This document shows positions 28,109 through 37,385 of a stretch of DNA of 64,000 nt, piece by piece. Source of the stretch: Myxococcota bacterium (lineage in GTDB: Bacteria > Myxococcota_A > Polyangia > Nannocystales > Nannocystaceae). The DNA lies in the NCBI GenBank assembly GCA_039028615.1, contig JBCCHT010000042.1, positions 1 to 64,000 on the forward strand, in the 5' to 3' direction. The position numbers and the translations under genes were made by a program. Numbering within the stretch: the first letter of the stretch is position 1; each line of letters opens with the position of its first letter. Below the pieces are notes generated by a model. That model searched no databases. It was given only the letters and a program-made list of their open reading frames with translations, and was not told the origin of the DNA.

Positions 28109-29190
28109 CCCTCGGCCTTCGCGTGGGTGTGGTCGGAGCGTCCATCGGAGGCTTGTCGGCTGCGTGCGCGCTCGGGCGCTCGGGCGCTCGCGTCCATGTG
28201 CTCGAGCGGGCGCGCCCGTGCTTTGCCGAGCGTGGCGGGGGCCTGGGCGTGAATCCCGAGCTGGTCACGCGGGTGAGCGGGCGACCGGGGCTGCCGTGCC
28301 TGGTGCTCCGCAAGCGTCGACTGTGGAGCGCCCGCGAGCAGAGCGTACGAGACTGTCGGCTGCCCGTGGCCTCGTACGGCGCGCTGTGGCGCTGGCTGTG
28401 GCAGGCCGCCGATCGGGCGGCGGTGGAGTTCCAGCGGGATGTCGCGCTCGCCGAGCATCGCGACTGCGTGCGGGTGACCACCTCCGACGGGCGCGTGTCG
28501 AGCTTCGAGCTGTTGGTCGCCGCCGATGGGGGCGGCTCGGCGATCCGGTCCACGCACTTCGGTGCTCGCCGAGCCTACGCCGGCTACACGTTGTGGCGCG
28601 GCCTCGTACCGCTTCGAGCTCTGCCTGCTCTCGTCGACCGCGAGCCCACGCTGCACGTAGCGACACGACCCTCGCAGCACTTCGTCGCCTACCCGATCCC
28701 CGGTCCGAACGGCAGCCTCGAACCCGAAGATCGACGGCTCAACTGGGGCTGGTATCGCGGCATGCCCGAGGCCGAGCTGTCCTCCGTGCTCGCGACGCTC
28801 TCCGGTTCTCCCCACGTCCTCACCCGCCACGAGCCCTCGGTGCGCGCGCTGTCGAAGCGGTGGACCCCCGAGGGGTGGCCAGGCTGGGTCGACGCCATCG
28901 TGCGCGCCACGGTGGAGCACGGGCAGATCCGGCCGCATCCCGTGTACCAGTACGTCCCCGCGTCGCTCGGACGGCGGCGGATCGCACTGCTGGGTGATGC
29001 GGGCCACCTCGCCAGCCCGATCACGGGTGCCGGGGCGGGCCTGGCCATGGAGGACGCGCTCGAGCTCGCCGCCGCGCTCGGGCGAGGGACGACCGTGGAA
29101 GCGGCCGTGGCCGACTACTCGAGTGCTCGGCTGGAGCGGACGCAGCAGATGGTCCGCCGTGGCGTCGAGCGGGGTAGCGCCTTTCGCTAA
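28105..29190 (+). CDS. FAD-dependent monooxygenase (aromatic hydroxylase class)
   Basis: Motifs GASIGG, VAADGGGS, YAGYTLWRG, LNWGWY and LLGDAGH..SPITGAG. Confidence 0.88.
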   Translation: MTLGLRVGVVGASIGGLSAACALGRSGARVHVLERARPCFAERGGGLGVNPELVTRVSGRPGLPCLVLRKRRLWSAREQSVRDCRLPVASYGALWRWLWQAADRAAVEFQRDVALAEHRDCVRVTTSDGRVSSFELLVAADGGGSAIRSTHFGARRAYAGYTLWRGLVPLRALPALVDREPTLHVATRPSQHFVAYPIPGPNGSLEPEDRRLNWGWYRGMPEAELSSVLATLSGSPHVLTRHEPSVRALSKRWTPEGWPGWVDAIVRATVEHGQIRPHPVYQYVPASLGRRRIALLGDAGHLASPITGAGAGLAMEDALELAAALGRGTTVEAAVADYSSARLERTQQMVRRGVERGSAFR

Positions 29191-29199
29191 CGTCCCGAA

Positions 29200-30990
29200 T
29201 CACTCGCGCTCGGCGAGCAGCACCCCGGGGTTGAGCACCCACTGTGGATCGAGGCTCGACTTGGCCCCCTGCAGCGCGCGGGTGAACAGCTCGCCGCGCT
29301 CCTGCTCGTGCCAGGGCCGATGGTCCCGCCCCACGGCATGGTGATGGGTAATCGTCCCCCCGTGGGCGATCAACGCATCGGACACCGCAGCCTTGATCGC
29401 ATCCCAGGTCTCGACCTGCCGCCCGCGCTCGCTCCACGCCACCACCGAGTAATAGGGCGCCGGCCCATCGGGATAGACATGCGTAAAGCGGCAGGTGATC
29501 ACCCCGCGCCCGCGGCAGTGCTCGTCGAAAGCCCCCTGCGCCGCGGCCAAGATCGCGGCATGAAACGCCTCGAACTGATCCCAGGTCACCGCCGTCTCGA
29601 AGGTCTCGGTGACCATGCCCTTGCGCGCCATGATGTCCCGTAGGTAGGGCGCCTTGAGGAAGTTCTTCCGCCAGCTCCCCGCGGCCCCCGAGCGCGCGCC
29701 CTGGGTGGACTCGCTGTGGCGGACCTTGCCGCGACGCACCCGACCGCCGTGCCGCCGACAGATCTCGAGCGCCTTGTTCATGACGTCTTGCTGCGGATAC
29801 AGCTCGGACTCGAAGCCGAGCAGCAGCATGGCGTGGCGGGCGTTGCCCAAGCCCATGGCCACGGCCTCGAGCGCGCTCACCAGGCGGCAGTTGACGGGGT
29901 AGAGCTTGGATTGCGACAGCGCGTGCACGGCCTTGGCCCCGCCGAGGAAGCTGTCGAACTTGAGCGTGGCGGAGGAGCGGTAGCGCGGGCGAGCATGCAG
30001 GCGGATCCACGCCTCGGTGATGATGCCCAGGCTGCCCTCCGAGCCGAGCCACAGGCGCTCGGGGCTGGGTCCGGCCCCCGATGCAGGAAGCCGTCGCGTC
30101 TCGTGAACGCCCGAGGGCGTCACCACCCGCACCGATTCCACGATGTCGTCGATGTGGGTGTACAGGGTGCAGTAGTGGCCCCCGGCTCGGGTGGCGATCC
30201 AGCCGCCGAGCGTGGAGAACTCGAAGCTCTGCGGATAAAAGCGCGGGCTGAGCCCGTAGGGCTTGAGGGCGGCTTCGAGGGCGGGGCCGTAGATGCCCGC
30301 CTGCACCCGAGCGGCCCGCGAGTGCTCGTCGACTTCGAGCACCGCATCGAAGTGCCGCATGTCCACGGTGATCGTGCCCGCATAGGCGGCGCTGCGCGTG
30401 GGCTCGACGCCTCCGACGACGCTGCTGCCCCCACCGTAGGGCACGAGGCTCACTCCCTCGGCCGCACAAAACTCCATGAGCGCGAGCAGCTGGTCCTCGG
30501 TCTTCGGGTAGGCGACATAGTCGGGCGGGTTTTTGTACTGCCCGTGGAGGCCCCGCACGAGGTCGCGGAAGGCCTTGCCGTAGCTGTGCGAGAGGCGATC
30601 GGTGCGAGCGTCGGTGCACCACTTCGCGAGGGCGTCGGGCAGGGCGAAGCGAGGCTCGCGGAGCTCGATGTCCTCGACGCGCGGAGGGGTGATGTCGTCG
30701 AAGTCCTCGAGCCCGAAGCGCGAGCGCAAGACCTCGATGAACAGCTCCACCATGATCGGATCGGGGGTCTCGCCTTCGTAGCCCCAGCCCCACAGGCTGC
30801 GTTGGCGAGGGCGGTCGTCTCGCTCGCGGCCGCGACCGAGCAGGGACTCGATGGCCGATCGAGCCGAGCGGAGGTCGGTGAGCAAGTCGCCCGATCGCTG
30901 GGCTTGCCATTCACTGGCGTGGCGACCGAGCACCGTCTTTGCCGCCGCCAGGAGTCGCTGTTGTTCTTCGTTGAGAAGCAAGCCGGTCAT
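29200..30990 (-). CDS. agpS: Alkyl-dihydroxyacetonephosphate synthase-like FAD-linked oxidase
   Basis: Motifs WGWG, PYGGGSSVVGG, PQSFEFSTLGGWIATRAGG, TLYTHIDD, GSEGSLG and ITHHHAVG. Confidence 0.8.
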   Translation of the reverse strand: MTGLLLNEEQQRLLAAAKTVLGRHASEWQAQRSGDLLTDLRSARSAIESLLGRGRERDDRPRQRSLWGWGYEGETPDPIMVELFIEVLRSRFGLEDFDDITPPRVEDIELREPRFALPDALAKWCTDARTDRLSHSYGKAFRDLVRGLHGQYKNPPDYVAYPKTEDQLLALMEFCAAEGVSLVPYGGGSSVVGGVEPTRSAAYAGTITVDMRHFDAVLEVDEHSRAARVQAGIYGPALEAALKPYGLSPRFYPQSFEFSTLGGWIATRAGGHYCTLYTHIDDIVESVRVVTPSGVHETRRLPASGAGPSPERLWLGSEGSLGIITEAWIRLHARPRYRSSATLKFDSFLGGAKAVHALSQSKLYPVNCRLVSALEAVAMGLGNARHAMLLLGFESELYPQQDVMNKALEICRRHGGRVRRGKVRHSESTQGARSGAAGSWRKNFLKAPYLRDIMARKGMVTETFETAVTWDQFEAFHAAILAAAQGAFDEHCRGRGVITCRFTHVYPDGPAPYYSVVAWSERGRQVETWDAIKAAVSDALIAHGGTITHHHAVGRDHRPWHEQERGELFTRALQGAKSSLDPQWVLNPGVLLAERE

Positions 30991-31232
30991 GAGTGCCTTC
31001 GCGAGTGGAACGCACCTCATCCTACCCGAGCCGTGATTGTGCGAGCGTAGGCATCGGCCTCGTGGCCGTTGGTGCCACGCGAGCGCATGCGAGAAAACGC
31101 CGAGCACGGCGCGAGTTTTTTTCACCCCGACTGAAGAGATTCCGGGGTCGAGGGGTACTCCCCGTTTGCGGGCGGGTCGCTCCGCCAGGGCGAGACGACC
31201 GCGGGAGATTCCATGAACGGCGCACCCCAGTT

Positions 31233-32009
31233 TTAGGGGGCTTTAGCTGGGGTGCGCCGGGCGGAACTCACACTTTTCCCTCCACCGCCGATGGGCTGGC
31301 CTTCCCAGTCCCACACCTCGAGACCATCACGGTGTTCGACGTACCAGTCGAGCTCGGCGCGCTGCCCCTCGAGCAAGGCGTTCATCACCGAGGTTCGTTC
31401 CTCCACCGCGCCGTTGCGGATCATGGCGGGCGTGGGCCGCGTCTCGAACTGGCGCAGGTGCCCTTCGACTTGAAAACCGCACTTTTCCGCCACGCGACGG
31501 CTGCCGTGGTTGGCCACGTTGTGCAGCAGCTGGAGGCGCTCGAGGCCGAGGAACTCGAAGCACAGGACGACCAGGGAGCGCACGGCGAAGGTGCCGATGC
31601 CCTGTCCCGCGACGTCGGTGCGGATCCAGTAGCCCAGCTCGCGCCCGCGGGCGTTGAGCGTGCGCTGGTGTAGGCCCAGGCAGCCCACCATGCGCTGCTC
31701 GTGCCACAGGTGGAACACCTCGTCGCCGCTGCCCCAGTAGTCGCTCTGCACCCGAACGAGCCGCTCGTACTGCTGGTCCACCGTGTTGTCGAGGTGGGCA
31801 AAGGGCATGAACGGTCGCAGCTGCGGCAGGCTGTCGTGGATCGCCTCGATCAGCGCGGGGGCGTCGGCGGGGCTCGGGGGCCGGAGCTCCAGCACTCGAT
31901 TCCCGTGACGGCCACGCATCAACGAGGGAGGGCGAGTCAGCATTGGCGGCAGCGTAGCCTCACCCGATGTGGCGCCACCAGGCGGGTCGAAAGTACCTCG
32001 GGTCGTCAT
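31233..32009 (-). CDS. GNAT N-acetyltransferase, RimJ/RimL family (alternative start 31943)
   Basis: Motifs ELGYWIR, GQGIG and NHGSRRVAEKCGF..EG. Confidence 0.88.
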   Translation of the reverse strand: MTTRGTFDPPGGATSGEATLPPMLTRPPSLMRGRHGNRVLELRPPSPADAPALIEAIHDSLPQLRPFMPFAHLDNTVDQQYERLVRVQSDYWGSGDEVFHLWHEQRMVGCLGLHQRTLNARGRELGYWIRTDVAGQGIGTFAVRSLVVLCFEFLGLERLQLLHNVANHGSRRVAEKCGFQVEGHLRQFETRPTPAMIRNGAVEERTSVMNALLEGQRAELDWYVEHRDGLEVWDWEGQPIGGGGKSVSSARRTPAKAP

Positions 32010-32039
32010 AGTTCGAACCTCACCTCCGTAGGTCCCCAC

Positions 32040-32351
32040 ATGCCTGTGACACGCATCGAACGTTACGTGGTTCAGTACGCCTCCCGAAACACCGCGCCTC
32101 GCATCTGGTTTTACGACGAGGACGGCCAGAGCATCGGGCAGGCGGTCTTCGTGCGACACGACTCGCCGCTACAGCCCGACCACCCGAGATCGCTCAACTA
32201 CCGTCACGAGGACTTTGCCAACGTACTCGACGTGCTGCGCAACGAGAGCCCGGTCTACTACGCGTTTTCGGGGACCAACAGCGAGAACGCCATCCGCTCC
32301 GCCAAGGAAATGGTCGGCGAAGGCGAGCTCGTCGGCGAACGCGACGGCTGA
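32040..32351 (+). CDS. Small hypothetical protein
   Basis: Codon usage is typical of real genes here. Compact globular sequence with VLDVLRNESPVY and EMVGEGE motifs. Confidence 0.65.
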   Translation: MPVTRIERYVVQYASRNTAPRIWFYDEDGQSIGQAVFVRHDSPLQPDHPRSLNYRHEDFANVLDVLRNESPVYYAFSGTNSENAIRSAKEMVGEGELVGERDG

Positions 32352-32369
32352 GCTCGAGCCGCGGCGCGC

Positions 32370-32864
32370 TCACTCGAGCGTGGCCTCGAACTCCAGCTTG
32401 CCGTTGAACTCGGCCTGCAGCAGCACCGCGTCGCTCTGTCCGTTCTTGGGATAGTAGAAGAACAGCTCGACCCGACGGTTGAGCGCGCGCCCGTCCTCGG
32501 TGTCGTTGCTCGCAATCGGGCTCGACTCGCCGTGGTACGCGGTGCGAATGCGGCTGGTGAGGCCGGAGTCGCTGTCGGTGATGAGCTGCGAGACCTGCTC
32601 CGCCCGCCGAAACGCCAGATCGCGGTTGTCGTCTTCGTCACCCACGGAGTCGGTGTGGCCGACGAGCAGCAGGCGAATCTTGTCGTCGCTGCGCATGATC
32701 TCCACCGTGCGCCCGATCGTCACGTATTCGTGCGCATCGTGGGGCTCGTGCTTGCCCGTGTCGAAGTGCACGTTTTGCGACGGCGGCGGGGTGTGACTGC
32801 ACGCGCCCGCGACCAGCAGCACCCCCCACACGCAACGCGGGAGCCATCCCTTCCAACGAGCCAT
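32370..32864 (-). CDS. OmpA-like peptidoglycan-binding lipoprotein
   Basis: Lipobox AGAC and motifs VHFDTGK, VGHTDSVG, NRDLAFRRA and GRALNRRVE. Confidence 0.92.
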   Translation of the reverse strand: MARWKGWLPRCVWGVLLVAGACSHTPPPSQNVHFDTGKHEPHDAHEYVTIGRTVEIMRSDDKIRLLLVGHTDSVGDEDDNRDLAFRRAEQVSQLITDSDSGLTSRIRTAYHGESSPIASNDTEDGRALNRRVELFFYYPKNGQSDAVLLQAEFNGKLEFEATLE

Positions 32865-32913
32865 TGGCGAATCGTGCAACTCGGCGGCGGGCCGAATCAA
32901 CGGTTCGAATGGG

Positions 32914-35900
32914 TCAGGGAGTGGGCGTCGACGGGGCGAGGTTGGCGAGCCAGTGCTCGATCGCGCGGATTCGCGAGGGTTGGTCGTCGAGCCCGATGTA
33001 GGCCTGGCGAGCGCGTTCCGCTTCGGTCCGCGCGGCGGTGGTGTCGCTGGCGGCCGCCATGATCCGCGCCCGTCGGAACCAGGCCTCGGCGTGCTGGTGC
33101 GGGTCGTGATCCTCCGACTCGTACTGCGTCACCGAGGTGTCGATCAGCTTGCGTGCCTCTTCGAGTTGGCCCTTCGCGAGCATGACCATGGCGAGGCGAC
33201 CGGAGGTCTCGGCCACCTCGATGCTGGGCTCGCCCGAGGTCTGTCGCTGCACGGCGAGCGCGGCCTGCAGCACGTCGTGGGCCTCTTGCACGCGACCCGC
33301 TCGCAGCAGGGTCAGGCCGAGCTGGCTGTTGTAGTTGGCCTGGCGCCCGCGATCGGAGGGATCATTGGCCTTGGCCCGCGCCAGCGCCTTGCGCAGCGCA
33401 TCCTCGGCCTGCTCGTAACGTCCCGCGCGGAGGTGAATCTCGCCCACGAGGGCCCAGCTCATGGCGGTGACGAGGCTGTCGGGGCCGTGCACCTCGTTCT
33501 CCAGCGACTGGGCGAGCTGAGCCTGGGCTAGCGCCTCGTCGTAGCGCTCGAGGAAGATGAACGTGGTGGCGATGTTGTACGAGAGGATGCCGACCGAGGG
33601 GTGGCGCTCGCCGAGCACCGTGCGGAGCAGGTCCTGCGACTCCTGGTAGATCGTCAGCGCGTCGCGGTACTGCCCGTGCACGAAGTGGGTGGTGGCCAGG
33701 TTCTGCAGCAGCGCGGCGTAGTGCGGGTGCTTCTCGCCGTAGGTGTCGAGCAAGATCTCGCGGGCGCGGTCGAGCATGCGGACCGACTGCGCGTGGTCAC
33801 CCATGCGGGCGTAGGTCTTGCCCAGCTCGCTCAGCGGCTCGGCCATGCTGTAGTGGTCCTTGCCCGACAGCTCCTCGCGCAAGGTCAGCAGCTCGTGACC
33901 GATGGCCGCCGCTTCGTCGAGCTTGCCCGCCCGACGCTTGGCGTTGCTCAGCGAGGACATCAGCTCGGCGCGCAGGACCGGCCGTCGCCCCTCCAACGCT
34001 TCGAGGGCGGCCATGCCGAGCCCCGTCCAGCGCTCGATGATGGCAGGCGGCCCTCCTCGCGTCGCTTCCAGGTCCGACAGGCTGGCGGACGCCTCGGCCA
34101 CGATCTCTCGATGGTGATGCGCCACGCCCTGCTGCAGCGCGAGGTGGGCCATCTCCTCGGCGCGCTCGGGTTGCCCCGCCAGCACCAAGGCCTCGGCCAG
34201 GCCCGCCGCCGCTTCGGCTTTGACGGGCCCGTAGCTCACGCCCTCGGCGAGGCGGAAGGCCGTCTCTGCGCTCGCCACCGCGTCTTGGAGGTGACCGACG
34301 ATCTGCTTGGCGATGGCCTCGTCGAGGGCGGTTCGAATGTCCTCGACCGCCTCCGCCTCGTCTTCGGGGATCGGCGGCAGCTCGTCCCCGAGGGAGGACG
34401 CATCGAGGCACGGCACCAAGCTCGGCAGCTGCTGCACCGCCTCGAGCGAGGCCATGACCGTGGTGGTGTCGGCCTCCCGGAGCACGCCGACCATCGTGCC
34501 CAGCGTGCGACGGCGCCGGGTCAGGCAGCTCATGCGCCGGGCCACCACCGCCTCGGGCTCGGTGCCCTCGACCCCGCTACGACAGGCCTCGGTCTGCACG
34601 TCGACCCACTGCTCGGCGTAGGCATCGAAGACCCCGCTCACCCGCGTGGCCGTGTCGGCGGCAAAGGGCAGCTTGGTCGCCTCGAACGACGCCCGCAGCT
34701 CGTCGCGCGCCGTCTCGTCCCACACCCCCTCGAGCTTGGAGCGCACGTCGTCGCAGTAGGCGACCGCGTCCGTGGAGGTGGTGGTGGACATCGCCACCGT
34801 CGACGCTCCGGCCGCTGCCCCCAGCACGGCGATCGCCGCCACGCCCCGCCACGAGCCCAGCCCGGAGGGGCGCAGGTCGGCCAGCAGGGCCCGCATGGAC
34901 GAGTGGCGCTGATCCGGCTCGACCTTCAGGCCGCGGAGCACCGCCTTGCGGAGCCAGCGGGGCACGTTTCGATCGCGGGGCGGCGGCTCGACCTGGCCCT
35001 GGAACACCGCGGCCACCAGCGTGGGCAGGTCCCGGGCCTTGAACGGCCGCGAGCCGTACAGCCCCTCGTATAGCGCGACACAAAAGCCGAACTGATCCGC
35101 CTTGGCGTCGCTGCGGCGCCCGTCGAGCTGCTCGGGGGCCATATACGCCGGGGTGCCCACCAGCGCGCCCGTCTGCGTCAGCGTCTCCGACAGGGCCGAG
35201 CCCGAGCCGCTCGCACGGATCGACGCGCTCACGGCCGAGATCTCCAGCGTGCGGTCCGTCTCCGCCTCGCGGGACACGGGGCGAGCCAGGCCGAAGTCGG
35301 TCACCACCGCCCGGCCATCGGAGTGCAGCAGCACGTTGTCCGGCTTGAAGTCGCGATGCACCAGCCCCGCGTCGTGGGCCGCCGCCAGGCCTTCGCCCGC
35401 CTGCCGAAACACCTCCAGCACCTCGCGATGGCTGCGGCGTCTCGCTCGGAGCCAGTCGGTGAGCGTCCCGCCCTCCACGAACTCCATCGCGATGAACACC
35501 TGGTCTTCGAAGGTGCCCACGTCGTGCACCGTGATGACCCCCGGGTGGCTCAGCCGCGCCAGCGCCTGGGCCTCGCGGAGCATTCGCTTGTTGCGATCCG
35601 AGTGCGTGTCGCGGCTCGCCTCGGCCGGGTCGGCCCGCAGGAGCTTCAGCGCGATCTTGCGGTCCAGCTCCGGGTCGTAGGCCGCGTACACGATGCCCAT
35701 CGCCCCCGCCCCGATCGCCCGCAGCACCACGTAGCGTCCCAGCCGTGCGCCCTCGGGCAGCCGCAGCGCGGGGCCCCACGTCTGCCCTCCGCCCGTCGCT
35801 GCGCCTTCTTGGAGCGTCGCTTCCATGCTCGCGTGCGACGGCGTCGAGCCGCTCTCCGAAGCATGCTCCGGCTCGGGCGGCAGCTCACCGCCCTCGAACG

Positions 35901-36045
35901 CCGACGCGAACACCCGGGTCAGCTCCGACACCAGCTCCAGGCACACGTCGCACTCGTCGATGTGGGCCTCGAGCGATGCTCGTTGGTCCGGGTCCAGGTC
36001 GCCGCGAGCAAATGCGCTCAGCACGTTCTCGTCGGGGCAGGACAT
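32914..36045 (-). CDS. Ser/Thr protein kinase with N-terminal zinc-finger (ZAS-like) motif and C-terminal TPR array
   Basis: N-terminal HIDECDVC. Kinase motifs GAGAMG, ALKLL, HRDFKPDN, DFG and GTPAYMAPE. One TM segment, then TPR repeats (GEKHP, GERHP). Confidence 0.95.
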   Translation of the reverse strand: MSCPDENVLSAFARGDLDPDQRASLEAHIDECDVCLELVSELTRVFASAFEGGELPPEPEHASESGSTPSHASMEATLQEGAATGGGQTWGPALRLPEGARLGRYVVLRAIGAGAMGIVYAAYDPELDRKIALKLLRADPAEASRDTHSDRNKRMLREAQALARLSHPGVITVHDVGTFEDQVFIAMEFVEGGTLTDWLRARRRSHREVLEVFRQAGEGLAAAHDAGLVHRDFKPDNVLLHSDGRAVVTDFGLARPVSREAETDRTLEISAVSASIRASGSGSALSETLTQTGALVGTPAYMAPEQLDGRRSDAKADQFGFCVALYEGLYGSRPFKARDLPTLVAAVFQGQVEPPPRDRNVPRWLRKAVLRGLKVEPDQRHSSMRALLADLRPSGLGSWRGVAAIAVLGAAAGASTVAMSTTTSTDAVAYCDDVRSKLEGVWDETARDELRASFEATKLPFAADTATRVSGVFDAYAEQWVDVQTEACRSGVEGTEPEAVVARRMSCLTRRRRTLGTMVGVLREADTTTVMASLEAVQQLPSLVPCLDASSLGDELPPIPEDEAEAVEDIRTALDEAIAKQIVGHLQDAVASAETAFRLAEGVSYGPVKAEAAAGLAEALVLAGQPERAEEMAHLALQQGVAHHHREIVAEASASLSDLEATRGGPPAIIERWTGLGMAALEALEGRRPVLRAELMSSLSNAKRRAGKLDEAAAIGHELLTLREELSGKDHYSMAEPLSELGKTYARMGDHAQSVRMLDRAREILLDTYGEKHPHYAALLQNLATTHFVHGQYRDALTIYQESQDLLRTVLGERHPSVGILSYNIATTFIFLERYDEALAQAQLAQSLENEVHGPDSLVTAMSWALVGEIHLRAGRYEQAEDALRKALARAKANDPSDRGRQANYNSQLGLTLLRAGRVQEAHDVLQAALAVQRQTSGEPSIEVAETSGRLAMVMLAKGQLEEARKLIDTSVTQYESEDHDPHQHAEAWFRRARIMAAASDTTAARTEAERARQAYIGLDDQPSRIRAIEHWLANLAPSTPTP

Positions 36046-36324
36046 GGTTTAGGGGGGCCGCACATCGTCGCACGACCCCCTGCGTGGCGGTAGCGGGGGG
36101 TTGCTGTCTCCAGGGGCGGGTTGGACGCCTCACGCCCCCGACCGCCGATTGCCTACCTCCGCGTACCCCCACCACGCCGGCCCCAGCCGTTCCGGCCCTC
36201 CGACCGCGTGCTAGCGTCGATGGCCGCTCATGAGCACGCATGTCGCCCTGTACGTCGAGCGACGGACCCCCGAGGGCATGGGTATGGGGTCGCTGTCGAT
36301 CTTCGGCGTGGGGCGGGCACGTCG

Positions 36325-36771
36325 ATGAGCACGGAGATGGGGCTGCAGGTCGAGCGGCGTACGGCCGAGGGCTGGCGGCCCGCGAATCTCGACCAAATCC
36401 ATCGCGACCCGTGGGGCAAGGTGCTCAGCGTTCCGTGCTTTTACGACTTCAACGACTTTTGGCTGCTGTACGTGCTCAGCGGGGATGCGTTGCGGGGTGA
36501 TCCCGACGACATGCCGCCGCCCATCGTGCCGAAGCGGCGGGGCGAGCCTCCCGATTTGTCCCGCGAGCTGCGACGGGTCGCCGAGGACGACTCCGCGTAC
36601 TACATCAGCTGGCTCACCGCGCGGGAGCTGCTGGAGTACGACTGGGATGCCTACGCGAAGCACCTGTGCGGGATCACGGGCTACTCCGCGCCCAAGCCCA
36701 CCGCGCTGCTCGACGCGATCGCGAAGCTTCAGCCCCTCGACGATCATCGCGTGATCATCGAACTTTGGTGA
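36325..36771 (+). CDS. Hypothetical protein resembling a phage-associated family
   Basis: Motifs RGEPPDLS and SWLTARELLEYDW, recalled from uncharacterised phage proteins and not verified by search. Confidence 0.55.
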   Translation: MSTEMGLQVERRTAEGWRPANLDQIHRDPWGKVLSVPCFYDFNDFWLLYVLSGDALRGDPDDMPPPIVPKRRGEPPDLSRELRRVAEDDSAYYISWLTARELLEYDWDAYAKHLCGITGYSAPKPTALLDAIAKLQPLDDHRVIIELW

Positions 36772-36775
36772 ACGC

Positions 36776-37171
36776 ATGCTCTGGCACGAAGGCGGCTGTC
36801 ACTGCACCCAGGTGCGCTTCATGGTCCTCGCACCCGCGCGGCTGGAGGTCGACGAGTGCAACTGCTCGATGTGTCGGCGGATGGGGTTCTTACACTTGAT
36901 CGTGCCGCGCTCGCGCTTTCGGCTGCTGTGCGGGGCGGATGCGTTGGTGACGTATTCGTTCAACACGAAGGTGGCGAAGCACTTGTTTTGCGGGACGTGC
37001 GGGATTCAGTCGTACTACGTGCCCCGCTCGCATCCCGACGGGTACAGCGTGAACGCGCGGTGTCTGGAGCCGGGGACGGTGCAGGAGATGATCGTGCGGC
37101 CGTTCGATGGGCAGCACTGGGAAGCGCATGTGCACGAGCTGGCTCCGCTGTCCGGCGGGGCGCCCGAGTGA
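36776..37171 (+). CDS. GFA / CENP-V family zinc protein
   Basis: Motifs GGCHC, CNCSMC, FCGTCGI, PRSHP and SVNARCL. Confidence 0.93.
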   Translation: MLWHEGGCHCTQVRFMVLAPARLEVDECNCSMCRRMGFLHLIVPRSRFRLLCGADALVTYSFNTKVAKHLFCGTCGIQSYYVPRSHPDGYSVNARCLEPGTVQEMIVRPFDGQHWEAHVHELAPLSGGAPE

Positions 37172-37385
37172 ACGAGGCCGAGTCGAACGGTCCCTCGCCC
37201 ATGCTCTTTCCTTGCTTCGTTCGGGCCAGCGAAACGCATTGATCGTCGACGTGGCCTGGGCGCAACGTCCCTTTACGCCCGCGGAGGGCCAAAAAGAACC
37301 GGATCGCCCGGCGCTTTCGTGTCCAATTTCCGCTCGGCGTTGCCTATAGACCGGAAGTCCCTCTTCGCACCCCTCGGTACTCCCC

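Noticed and set aside
36046..37385. Prophage or integrative element
   Set aside because: There is only one phage-like hypothetical gene, with no integrase, att-like repeats or structural genes.
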